NCBI GenBank assembly: GCA_017429985.1
Contig: JAFRNW010000010.1
Location: 5,700 to 69,699 of the forward strand
DNA length: 64,000 nt
Reading direction: 5' to 3'
Source of the DNA: Clostridia bacterium
GTDB taxonomy: Bacteria; Bacillota; Clostridia; Christensenellales; CAG-138
In this document: positions 19,564-28,685 of the stretch, piece by piece
How the letters are laid out: each line of letters starts with the position of its first letter
How positions within the stretch are numbered: the stretch's first letter is position 1
Translations under genes and position numbers: made by a program
Notes under the pieces: model-generated
What the model was told of the DNA's origin: nothing
What the model saw: the letters and a program-made list of their open reading frames with translations, nothing else
Database searches by the model: none

Positions 19564-21843
19564 TCAATCCTCCAGAGGCGTAATGGGTGCCATGGATGCG
19601 GAAAATTTCTTGATTTGTCCGCCGTCAAAATCGATCTCAAGGATCTGTCCTCCGCCGGAGCCGCTCAGGCTCAGGATCGTTCCGGGGCCGTATTTTGCGT
19701 GGGAAACACGCTGCCCGGCGGCAAAGGTGAAGGCGGGCGCCTTGAGCTCGACCGGAACGGGCCGGACGGGCTTCTGACCTGCGGGCACGGTTTTTTTCAG
19801 CGCGTGTTTGTCTCCGGAAGAAGCGGGAGCATCCGGGAAAAGAGAAAAACCGGCACGCGGCTGGAACGCGGAACCGAAACCGTGCGTCTGCCCGCTGTTT
19901 TTCCGGCTGCCGGTCTGCTGAACAGGAAGAACGGGTTCAAGCTCCTCCAGAAACACGGATGGAACGGCGGGTTCGATCCTGCCGAAATTCATCCGCTCCC
20001 GCGCATAGCTGAGGTGAAGGGAATCCATGGCGCGGGTAATGCCGACATAGCAGAGCCGCCGCTCCTCCTCCATGCGCTCGGGATCGAAGCGGGATTTTTC
20101 CGACGGGAACAGTCCCTGCTCGAGTCCGCAGAGAAAAACGACGGGAAACTCCAGACCCTTCGCACTGTGGAGCGTCATCATGGTGATCTGGCCCGCGGCG
20201 CTGTCAAGTTCATCGGTTGAGGTGAACAGGGCGACGTTTTCCAGAAACGCCTGCAGGGGATCCGTCACTTCCCCGGACGGGAGGCTCTCTTCAAATTCCG
20301 CCATATAGCTGACGAGCTCGTTTACGATTTCGAGACGGGTCTCGTAGTTTTCCTTTTTATCGTCACGGAGATAATCCTCATACCGGATCTCGTTCAGCAG
20401 CCATTCCGTCAGCTCCGCCAGGGAGGAACCTCCGAGCATGCCCAGCGCGCCGGTCAGGACCCCGCAGAACTGTCCGAGTCTGGCGGCATACCTTGAATTC
20501 TCGTGCTGCAGTTTCAGAGCCGCCGCAAGAAGCGAGGAATTCATCTCGGCAGCCCTGGATTCGAGAAGTGACAGCGCTCCGTCGCCGAGCCCGCGCTTCG
20601 GGGTGTTGATGACCCGCCGGAAGGAGACGTCGTCATGCGGATTTTCGAGAAGGCGGAGATAGGCGATGATATCCTTGACTTCAGCGCGCTGGAAGAAGGA
20701 CACGCCGCCGTAGACACGGTAGGGGATGTCATAGCTTTTCAGATACATTTCAAGCACGCGGCTCTGGGCATGCGTTCTGTACAGAACGGCAAAGTCGGAG
20801 TAGGACCTGCCCCGGCGGACATCGCCGAGAATGATCCTGCAGATGTGCTGCGCCTCGTCCCGGTCATCCTGCGCGATGAACAGATCGACCGGGTCGCCGC
20901 CTTTCCGCTCGGTCCAGAGCGTTTTCGGCTTCCGTCCGCGGTTGTTGGAAATAACGAGGTTCGCCGCCTCCAGGATGTTTCCCGTCGAGCGGTAATTCTG
21001 CTCCAGGCGGATCACGCGGGCGCCCGGGAAGTCTTTTTCAAATTCGAGAATGTTCCGGATGTCCGCGCCCCTCCACCCGTAGATGCTCTGGTCGTCGTCG
21101 CCCACGACGCACAGGTTGCGGTGCTCGCCGGCGAGCAGGCGGACGATCTCGTACTGCGCCAGGTTGGTATCCTGGTATTCGTCGACCAGAATATACCGGA
21201 ACCGGAGCCGGTAGCTGTCCAGAACTTCCGGTTCGGTTCGGAACAGTTCGACCGTTTTCAGGAGCAGATCGTCAAAATCGAGGGCATTGTTTTTTTTCAG
21301 ATACTTTTCATATACCGAGAAGGCGTCCGAGACCTGCCGGATGGCGCCGGATTCGCGGAGGAACGCGGCGGGATCATGCGGCATGTGGTTTTTGGCGGCG
21401 CTGAACTGGGAAGCGAGCTGGCGCGGCGTGAACACCTTATCGTTGAGATTCAGATCCTTAATGACGTGCTTGATCAGCGTCTGCTGGTCGGTATCGTCAT
21501 AGATCACGAACTTCGGGTCATATCCGAGCCGGTCGATTTCGCGGCGGAGGACCCGGACGCAGAACGAATGGAAGGTCAGCACCCACATATCCCCGCTGCC
21601 GGAAGGACCGACCAGCCGCTCCACCCGTTCACGCATTTCCCCTGCGGCCTTGTTGGTGAACGTCAGCGCGAGAATATTCCACGGCATGACGTCTTTTTCG
21701 GAAATCAGGTACGCGATGCGGTGGGTCAGGACCCGGGTCTTTCCGCTGCCGGCGCCTGCAAGAACAAGAAGCGGGCCCTCCGTGCAGGTGACCGCCTGCA
21801 GCTGGGGACCATTCAGTTTTGACAAATCCATACAAGTATCCAT
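19564..21843 (-). CDS. pcrA: ATP-dependent DNA helicase PcrA/UvrD
   Basis: LAGAGSGKT Walker A, ILVDEYQDTN and VGDDDQSIYGWRGA motifs. The in-frame ATG at 21831 is an alternative start. Confidence 0.93.
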   Translation of the reverse strand: MDTCMDLSKLNGPQLQAVTCTEGPLLVLAGAGSGKTRVLTHRIAYLISEKDVMPWNILALTFTNKAAGEMRERVERLVGPSGSGDMWVLTFHSFCVRVLRREIDRLGYDPKFVIYDDTDQQTLIKHVIKDLNLNDKVFTPRQLASQFSAAKNHMPHDPAAFLRESGAIRQVSDAFSVYEKYLKKNNALDFDDLLLKTVELFRTEPEVLDSYRLRFRYILVDEYQDTNLAQYEIVRLLAGEHRNLCVVGDDDQSIYGWRGADIRNILEFEKDFPGARVIRLEQNYRSTGNILEAANLVISNNRGRKPKTLWTERKGGDPVDLFIAQDDRDEAQHICRIILGDVRRGRSYSDFAVLYRTHAQSRVLEMYLKSYDIPYRVYGGVSFFQRAEVKDIIAYLRLLENPHDDVSFRRVINTPKRGLGDGALSLLESRAAEMNSSLLAAALKLQHENSRYAARLGQFCGVLTGALGMLGGSSLAELTEWLLNEIRYEDYLRDDKKENYETRLEIVNELVSYMAEFEESLPSGEVTDPLQAFLENVALFTSTDELDSAAGQITMMTLHSAKGLEFPVVFLCGLEQGLFPSEKSRFDPERMEEERRLCYVGITRAMDSLHLSYARERMNFGRIEPAVPSVFLEELEPVLPVQQTGSRKNSGQTHGFGSAFQPRAGFSLFPDAPASSGDKHALKKTVPAGQKPVRPVPVELKAPAFTFAAGQRVSHAKYGPGTILSLSGSGGGQILEIDFDGGQIKKFSASMAPITPLED

Positions 21844-21849
21844 ATTAAA

Positions 21850-21885
21850 ATTATATCATACGGACGCGGGGGCCGTCTTTCGTTT
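21850..21885 (-). promoter_or_regulatory. candidate extended -10 promoter for pcrA
   Basis: Minus strand reads TGaTATAAT, with only tttaat (6 nt) before the ATG at 21843. Weak -35 (aagacg). Confidence 0.4.
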
Positions 21886-21982
21886 TTGGGCGGGGCCGTC
21901 CTGCTCGTTTTGCTTGTAAAAGAAGCGGCAGCGGGGATATAATTATCCTAGATAAATATATTCTGAACGGAGGGCTAAAGCT

Positions 21983-22405
21983 TTGATTGGAGTTGTGATT
22001 GGAGAAAAGGGAGCGGGAAAAACAAAGAAACTGTTGAATCATGCAAACAAAATGGCGGCGGAATCAAAAGGCAGCGTGGTATTTGTAGACGATGACAACA
22101 GTTATATGTTTGATCTTGCGACCAGCATCCGCTTTATCAATGCCAGTACTTACAACATTAAGAGCTCCAAAATGCTTTACGGATTCATCTGTGGCATCGC
22201 GGCGCAGGATTTTGACCTGGAGTACATCTATATTGACGGATTCAAGAACTTCATTCACCATACGCTTTACGAACTGCAGCCGTTTTTCACCAGCCTCGAC
22301 GAAGTCGCGAAGGCGAACAATCTGAATATTATTTTAAGCATCAGCGGAAGCGAGACGGATCTTCCCGAATATATCAAGGAAATGATCATGGAGATCCCGA
22401 ACTGA
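21983..22405 (+). CDS. small stand-alone P-loop NTPase-like protein (140 aa), family unknown
   Basis: Walker A GEKGAGKT at residues 7-14 and Walker B-like VVFVDDD. GGAGGG SD sequence 7 nt before a TTG start. Visibly lower G+C than its flanks. Confidence 0.55.
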   Translation: MIGVVIGEKGAGKTKKLLNHANKMAAESKGSVVFVDDDNSYMFDLATSIRFINASTYNIKSSKMLYGFICGIAAQDFDLEYIYIDGFKNFIHHTLYELQPFFTSLDEVAKANNLNIILSISGSETDLPEYIKEMIMEIPN

Positions 22406-22456
22406 CCGTATTCTGCGGAGCATCATTTTGTAATTAAAAAAAGGATCAGGAGTAAT

Positions 22457-23923
22457 ATGCGCTATCTGAGTACACGCGGCGGAGACGCGGTTTCCGCGGC
22501 GCAGGCAATTGTTATGGGCATCAGTCCTTCCGGAGGGCTGTTCGTGCCCGAGAGTTTTCCGAAACTGGATCCGGCATCGCTCAGCGGAAACTACCGCGAC
22601 GACGCCTTCCGGGTCATGTCCCTGTATCTCACGGAAACTGAGCCGGAAAAGCTGAAGGATATCATCGACAGGGCATACGACCGGTTTGACACGAAAGCCG
22701 TGGCGCCCGTTGTCGGGCTGACCGAGACCGAAAGCGTGCTGGAACTCTGGCACGGGCCGACGATGGCGTTCAAGGACGTGGCGCTGCAGATCCTGCCGTA
22801 TCTGATGAAGGAATCCCTTGTCCAGACGGGCGAGGACCAGACGGTCTACATTCTCGTGGCGACGTCCGGGGATACCGGAAAGGCCGCGCTCGAGGGCTTC
22901 CGGGACGTGGAAGGAACCAGGGTGCTGGTATTCTATCCGTACGGGGGCGTATCCAGGATGCAGCGTCTTCAGATGGTCACGCAGGAAGGCGCGAACATGG
23001 ATGTCTGCGCGGTCCGGGGAAACTTTGACGACGCTCAGACAGGCGTCAAGCAGATTTTTGCCTCCGAGGAGATGAAGCGCGAGCTGGGCGAGGCGGGGTA
23101 CCGGCTTTCCAGCGCAAACTCCATTAATTTCGGCCGTCTTCTGCCTCAGATCGTCTACTATTTCACCTCCTACCATGCGCTGGTCGAGAACGGAAGGATC
23201 TCCGAAGGCGATCCGGTCAATTTCTGCGTTCCGACCGGAAACTTCGGCGACATCCTCGCGGGATACTATGCAGTCAGGATGGGGCTGCCGGTGCGCAAGC
23301 TGATCTGCGCGTCCAACCGGAACAATGTCCTGACCGATTTTTTCCGCCGCGGGATCTATAACGCCAACCGTCCGTTCTACAAGAGCATGAGCTGCTCGAT
23401 CGATATCCTGGTCTCAAGCAACCTGGAGCGGCTTCTGTATGAGATCATCGAAAGGGATACCGAAACGGTCACGGAATGGATGCGCGCCCTGAAGGAAGAG
23501 GGGACCTATTCCATTCCGGAAGCGCAGCGCGCAGCGCTTTCCGATCTCTTTGAAGCGGACTGGTGCTCCGAAGAGGATACGCTGCAGACGATCCGCCGCG
23601 TGTTCGGAAGCAGGGGGTATCTGATGGATCCCCATACCGCTGTCGCGCAGACGGTATACGAAAGATATGTGGAGCGGACGGGAGACGAGACCCAGACGAT
23701 TCTGCTCTCAACTGCGAATCCGTATAAATTCGCCAGTGATGTCCTTTCCATTTTCGAGACGCCCGGCGAGGACGATTTCGAAAACGCAGAGCGCCTGAGA
23801 CAGATCACAGGCAAGGGGATCCCGGCAAACCTGAGGGAACTCTGCAGGAAACCCGAGCTTCATACGGACGTCTGCAATCTGGATGAAATGCCGGAACGTG
23901 TCAGATTCGGGGTGAGCAAATGA
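22457..23923 (+). CDS. thrC: threonine synthase
   Basis: MRYLSTRG N-terminus and the PLP-lysine motif GPTMAFKDVALQ. Length 488 aa. Confidence 0.93.
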   Translation: MRYLSTRGGDAVSAAQAIVMGISPSGGLFVPESFPKLDPASLSGNYRDDAFRVMSLYLTETEPEKLKDIIDRAYDRFDTKAVAPVVGLTETESVLELWHGPTMAFKDVALQILPYLMKESLVQTGEDQTVYILVATSGDTGKAALEGFRDVEGTRVLVFYPYGGVSRMQRLQMVTQEGANMDVCAVRGNFDDAQTGVKQIFASEEMKRELGEAGYRLSSANSINFGRLLPQIVYYFTSYHALVENGRISEGDPVNFCVPTGNFGDILAGYYAVRMGLPVRKLICASNRNNVLTDFFRRGIYNANRPFYKSMSCSIDILVSSNLERLLYEIIERDTETVTEWMRALKEEGTYSIPEAQRAALSDLFEADWCSEEDTLQTIRRVFGSRGYLMDPHTAVAQTVYERYVERTGDETQTILLSTANPYKFASDVLSIFETPGEDDFENAERLRQITGKGIPANLRELCRKPELHTDVCNLDEMPERVRFGVSK

Positions 23924-25128
23924 ATCCGGACCGCAAGTACAGCTTGATTGTGACCGTTCTCTGCGTGCTGCTTCTGATCGCACTGTGCGGCTTGTATTTC
24001 CTCGGGCTCCAGCAGTACAAACTGAAACAGTATCTCCCCATCATGCAGGCTGTCGGGATCATAAAGGACAATTACTTTTATTACGACGAAAGCGTGCACG
24101 GGAGCACGCTGGTCGACAACGCCATCGACGGCCTCGTATCCGGCACCGGGGACAAATACGCGGAATATTATACCGAGGAGGAATACAAGGAGCTTCTGAA
24201 GGACCAGTCCAACACGTTTGTCGGAATCGGTATTTCCATTGCTGCACCGGACGACACGGGGGCGCAGATCATCAAGGTCTTTGAGGGAAGCACCATGGAA
24301 CAGGCCGGCGCGGTCCCGGGAGACATCGTGCTCAAGATCAACGGGAAAGATACTGCGGGGCTGACGATGGAACAGATGCTCGCTCTTTTCTCAAAGGACG
24401 AAAAGGCAACGGATACGCTGCTGCTCCGGCGCGGGTCGGAGACATTTGCCGTCACGGTCGGCAAATCGGAAGTGTATGCGCCGTATGTATCCTATGAGAT
24501 GCTGACGGATTCGGTCGGGTATATCAAGATCGACGGCTTTTTCGGCAAAGTCGTTTCCGAAACGAAAACCGCGATGGAGAAGCTTCTCGAACAGGGAATG
24601 CAGTCGGTGATCATCGACGTCAGGGACAACCCGGGCGGCGGACTGAACGAGTCGGTGGGGGTGTCCAGACTGTTTCTGCACCGAGGAGACCTGATCGTGA
24701 CGATCATGGCCCGGAATGAGCAGGAGGAAAGCTATTCCGCAAAGGCGGACGGATACGATCTGCCGGTCACGATCCTGGTGAACGGGGAATCCGCGTCCGG
24801 ATCCGAGCTGTTCACGGCGGCGCTGCGGGACAACGGCCGCGCCGTGGTGGTCGGAAAGAAGACCTACGGAAAGGGAATCGTCCAGTCATTCTTCAAGATC
24901 CGCGCGAACGGAGGATACGTGAAGATCACGACGGATGCGTATTTTACGCCGAAAGGCGTCAACATCCATCATACCGGCATCACGCCCGACATCGAGGTGG
25001 ACCTGCCGGAGGAGTACAAGGACGCCCTTGTGGACGCCGTGCCCAGGGAGCAGGATACGCAGCTTGATACCGCGATCCGTGCTGCCGAGTATCAGATTGA
25101 GATGAACAGCGTGGAGGATGCCGCATGA
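23920..25128 (+). CDS. S41-family C-terminal processing peptidase with PDZ domain
   Basis: N-terminal TM segment, PDZ-like region (GDIVLKINGKDTAG), catalytic NGESASGSE and TYGKG motifs. ATGA overlap with thrC. Confidence 0.85.
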   Translation: MNPDRKYSLIVTVLCVLLLIALCGLYFLGLQQYKLKQYLPIMQAVGIIKDNYFYYDESVHGSTLVDNAIDGLVSGTGDKYAEYYTEEEYKELLKDQSNTFVGIGISIAAPDDTGAQIIKVFEGSTMEQAGAVPGDIVLKINGKDTAGLTMEQMLALFSKDEKATDTLLLRRGSETFAVTVGKSEVYAPYVSYEMLTDSVGYIKIDGFFGKVVSETKTAMEKLLEQGMQSVIIDVRDNPGGGLNESVGVSRLFLHRGDLIVTIMARNEQEESYSAKADGYDLPVTILVNGESASGSELFTAALRDNGRAVVVGKKTYGKGIVQSFFKIRANGGYVKITTDAYFTPKGVNIHHTGITPDIEVDLPEEYKDALVDAVPREQDTQLDTAIRAAEYQIEMNSVEDAA

Positions 25129-26369
25129 GCAGTGCAAGTATCATCCGGGACAGTTCGCTGGCGCCTTCCGGCGCGGATAAAATCGCATGGGTATGGAACA
25201 ACATGCCCCTTCTCAGGGCTGTCTGCGCGGATTTTGAAAAAGACCGTCCGCTTACGGGTCTGAAAGTCGCGCTTTCGGTACATCTCGAGGCAAAGACCGC
25301 ATGCCTTTGCAGGACCCTTGCCGCGGGCGGAGCGGAAGTATTCGCGACCGGAAGCAACCCGCTGTCCACACAGGACGACGTGGCCGCGGAGCTGGCACGG
25401 CTTGGCGTGCATGTTTACGCGACGCACGGCTGCTCGCAGGAAGAGTACGATCTGTATATCCGCAAAGTGATCGAGCCGGGACCGGACATCATCGTGGATG
25501 ACGGGGGCGATATCGTCCAAATGATCCGCACCCGGTTTCCCGAACTGGAAAAGAACGTCATCGGGGGATGCGAGGAAACGACAACGGGGATCGCGAGACT
25601 CAGAAAGCTGGAGAGGAACGGTGCGCTGCATTTTCCGATGATCGCGGTCAACGACGCTGACTGCAAGCACCTGTTTGACAACCGCTACGGTACCGGCCAG
25701 TCCGTTTTCGACGGGATCGACCGTACGACGAATCTGATCGTTGCCGGAAAGAAGGTCGTGGTCGCGGGATACGGATGGTGCGGAAAAGGTGTGTCGATGC
25801 GCGCGAAAGGGCTCGGCGCAAGGGTGATCGTGACGGAAGTGGACCCTGTCAAAGCGCTGGAAGCGCATATGGACGGATTTACCGTGATGTCTATGGACGA
25901 AGCGGCGGAACAGGGGGATCTGTTCATCACGGTGACCGGCAACTGCAAAGTGATCACGGAGGAGCATTTCCTGAAGATGAAGAACGGAGCGATCCTCTGC
26001 AACGCCGGTCATTTCGACGTGGAAGTGGATACGGCGTGCCTGAACAGGATCGCTGCGGAGCAGAAGCAGATGAAGCCGAATATCCGCGGCTACCTCCTTC
26101 CGAACGGGACATGGATCTATCTTCTTGCGGAGGGAAGGCTTGTAAACCTGGCGGCAGGCGACGGGCATCCCGCCGAGATCATGGATATGAGCTTTGCGAT
26201 CCAGGCGCTCTCCTGCAGCTACCTGGCGGGACACAGGGGAATGCTGGAACCGAGGCTGATTCCCGTGCCTCGCGAGATCGATAACGCAGTCGCTTCCAAA
26301 AAGCTGGAAACGCTGGGCATCCGGATCGATGCGCTGACGCCGGAGCAGCGGGAGTATATCGGGCTGTAA
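25125..26369 (+). CDS. ahcY: adenosylhomocysteinase
   Basis: Glycine-rich NAD-fold motif VAGYGWCGKG, plus NIGHFDVE-like AGHFDVEVD. ATGA overlap with the peptidase gene. Confidence 0.93.
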   Translation: MSSASIIRDSSLAPSGADKIAWVWNNMPLLRAVCADFEKDRPLTGLKVALSVHLEAKTACLCRTLAAGGAEVFATGSNPLSTQDDVAAELARLGVHVYATHGCSQEEYDLYIRKVIEPGPDIIVDDGGDIVQMIRTRFPELEKNVIGGCEETTTGIARLRKLERNGALHFPMIAVNDADCKHLFDNRYGTGQSVFDGIDRTTNLIVAGKKVVVAGYGWCGKGVSMRAKGLGARVIVTEVDPVKALEAHMDGFTVMSMDEAAEQGDLFITVTGNCKVITEEHFLKMKNGAILCNAGHFDVEVDTACLNRIAAEQKQMKPNIRGYLLPNGTWIYLLAEGRLVNLAAGDGHPAEIMDMSFAIQALSCSYLAGHRGMLEPRLIPVPREIDNAVASKKLETLGIRIDALTPEQREYIGL

Positions 26370-26499
26370 AATGCCGGGTTGCCTTTTTTATGCTGAACTG
26401 TTATTATAAAATTTGACTGAAAATCGGGTATTCTGGTCTTTAACGGAACAGATCCCGCGATGAATAGATTATTTAAACATATTTTAGGGGGTTTTGGTA

Positions 26500-28572
26500 A
26501 TGAAAGACTATTCCGCGAAGGACATTCGCAACATCGGCATTTTCGGGCACGGCGGAGAAGGAAAGACGTCGCTGACAGAAGCAATGCTTTACAATGCCGG
26601 TCTGGTTGACAGAATCGGCTCCGTGCAGAACGGAACAACGACGACGGACTTCGATCCCGAAGAAACGAAACGTCACATCTCCATCAACGTTTCCTTTGCG
26701 CCGCTGGAGTGGAAAAACACAAAAATCAACATTATCGATGCTCCTGGATTTTTTGATTTTTACGGTGAAGTAGCTGCCGCAATGGCGCTCGCTGACAGCG
26801 CTGTTATCGTTGTCGGCGCGGTTTCCGGACCGGTCGTCGGCGCGGAGAAAGCCATGGCGATGTGCAAAAAGCTCGGCAAGGCCCGCATGATGGTCATCAA
26901 CCAGATGGACCGCGAGAACGCGAACTTTGAAAAGACGATGGAAGCCATCAACGAGAAATTCGGACCTTCCGTCGTTCCGATCCAGCTTCCCATTATGGAA
27001 GGCGGCGTGTTCAAGGGATATGTCGATATCGTTCACATGAAAGCCAAACTGTTCGACGGGAAAGGCGAAAAGGACGCGGACATCCCCGCTTCGCTCGCTT
27101 CCGAGGCGCAGGAACTGTATGAGAAACTGACGGAAGCGGCCGCCGAGACCGACGAGGAACTCATGGAGAAATACTTCGATCAGGGAGAACTCTCCAGGGA
27201 AGAGATCATCCAGGGCCTTTCGAACGGTGTCCGCGAAGGCATCGTGACGCCGGTCTGCTGCACGGCAGGTCTTTCCAATATCGGCGTTGCCACGCTCCTT
27301 GACAACATGGTGCATTATCTGCCGTCCGCCGATCAGGTCAAGCCGCGCAAGGCGGTCGACGCCAAGACCGGAGAGCCTGTGGAGATCAAGCCGGACGGAA
27401 AATTCGCCGCACAGGTCATGAAGACCGTCATCGATCAGTTCGGCAAGTACTCCATCGTGAAAGTGTTCAGCGGATCGCTTGACGTGAACACTCCGCTTTA
27501 CAACAGCGTGGCAGAGAAGGCCGAGAAGCCCACGGCTCCGGTCCTGCTCCGCGGAAAGAAGAACGAGAGTGTTTCCAAGCTGAACGCCGGCGACATCGGC
27601 GCGATCCCGAAGCTCCAGTACACCGCCACGAACGATACGCTGTGCGATCCTGCTCAGCCTGTTGTATTTGAGAAGATCGACTTCCCGAAGCCGTGCATCA
27701 ATCTCGCAGTCAGCGCAAAGAAGCAGGGCGAGGATGACAAGGTCATCGCCGGTCTGAACAGGATCATGGAAGAAGATCCGACGATCGTGATCGAAAAGAA
27801 CGCGGAAACCGGCGACGTCCTGATCTGCGGCCTCGGTGAAATGCATATCGACGTTGTCTGCAGCAAGCTGAAGAACAAGTCGAACGTGGAAGCGTCGCTT
27901 GCAGATCCCCGCATTCCCTACCGCGAGACGATCCGTTCCATGGCGGAAGCCGAAGGAAAACACAAGAAACAGTCCGGCGGCAGCGGCCAGTTCGGTGTTG
28001 TTCAGATGCGGTTTGAGCCTGCGGCGGAAGGCACGGATTACGAGTTCGTCAATGCGATCGTCGGCGGTGTTGTTCCGAAGGAATTCATCCCTGCGGTTGA
28101 AAAGGGTCTCCGCGAAGCGATGCTGCACGGTGTTCTTGCCGGTTATCCGATGGTAGGCCTGAAAGCCACGCTGTACGACGGCAAATATCATCCGGTCGAT
28201 TCCAAGGAAGTTGCGTTCAAATCCGCTGCGCGCCTTTCCTACAAGGCTGCATGCGCGAAGGCTTCCCCGACGCTGATCGAGCCCATTTATCATTACTCCA
28301 TCCGCGTTCCGAGCGAGTACGTCGGCGACATCATCGGCGACCTCAACCGCCGCCGCGGCCGTATGCTGGGCATGAACCCCGTTGACGGCGAAACGGTAGT
28401 GGAAGCGGAAGCGCCTCTTTCCGAGATGTTCAAATACGCGACGGACCTCAGATCCATGACACAGGCCCGCGGTTCCTTCACATCCGAGTTTGTCCGTTAT
28501 GAGGATGTCCCGGGCAATATCGCCCAGAAGATCATCGAGCAGGCGAAGATCGAAGAGGAAGACGAGGACTGA
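26500..28572 (+). CDS. fusA: elongation factor G paralog (EF-G2-like translational GTPase)
   Basis: G1 GHGGEGKTS, G3 DAPGFFDF, G4 NQMD, and domain IV/V strings such as HKKQSGGSGQFG. Not located in an str operon. Confidence 0.9.
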   Translation: MKDYSAKDIRNIGIFGHGGEGKTSLTEAMLYNAGLVDRIGSVQNGTTTTDFDPEETKRHISINVSFAPLEWKNTKINIIDAPGFFDFYGEVAAAMALADSAVIVVGAVSGPVVGAEKAMAMCKKLGKARMMVINQMDRENANFEKTMEAINEKFGPSVVPIQLPIMEGGVFKGYVDIVHMKAKLFDGKGEKDADIPASLASEAQELYEKLTEAAAETDEELMEKYFDQGELSREEIIQGLSNGVREGIVTPVCCTAGLSNIGVATLLDNMVHYLPSADQVKPRKAVDAKTGEPVEIKPDGKFAAQVMKTVIDQFGKYSIVKVFSGSLDVNTPLYNSVAEKAEKPTAPVLLRGKKNESVSKLNAGDIGAIPKLQYTATNDTLCDPAQPVVFEKIDFPKPCINLAVSAKKQGEDDKVIAGLNRIMEEDPTIVIEKNAETGDVLICGLGEMHIDVVCSKLKNKSNVEASLADPRIPYRETIRSMAEAEGKHKKQSGGSGQFGVVQMRFEPAAEGTDYEFVNAIVGGVVPKEFIPAVEKGLREAMLHGVLAGYPMVGLKATLYDGKYHPVDSKEVAFKSAARLSYKAACAKASPTLIEPIYHYSIRVPSEYVGDIIGDLNRRRGRMLGMNPVDGETVVEAEAPLSEMFKYATDLRSMTQARGSFTSEFVRYEDVPGNIAQKIIEQAKIEEEDED

Positions 28573-28605
28573 TTCTGACGGGATCCTTCAGATCGATAAA
28601 ACAAT

Positions 28606-28642
28606 CAGCGCGGGCGGGAAATCGGCACCGCGCTTTTTGTTT
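28606..28642 (+). terminator. rho-independent terminator after the EF-G paralog
   Basis: CAGCGCGG ... CCGCGCT stem followed by TTTTTGTTT. Confidence 0.6.
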
Positions 28643-28685
28643 CGGAAATTGTCAGAAGCCGCCCACTGCCTTGACGTGCGGGCGA

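Noticed and set aside
25092-28293. Minus-strand ORFs 25092..26234 (380 aa) and 26473..28293 (606 aa)
   Set aside because: They are antisense to ahcY and the EF-G paralog, both of which have unmistakable motifs. They are shadow ORFs.
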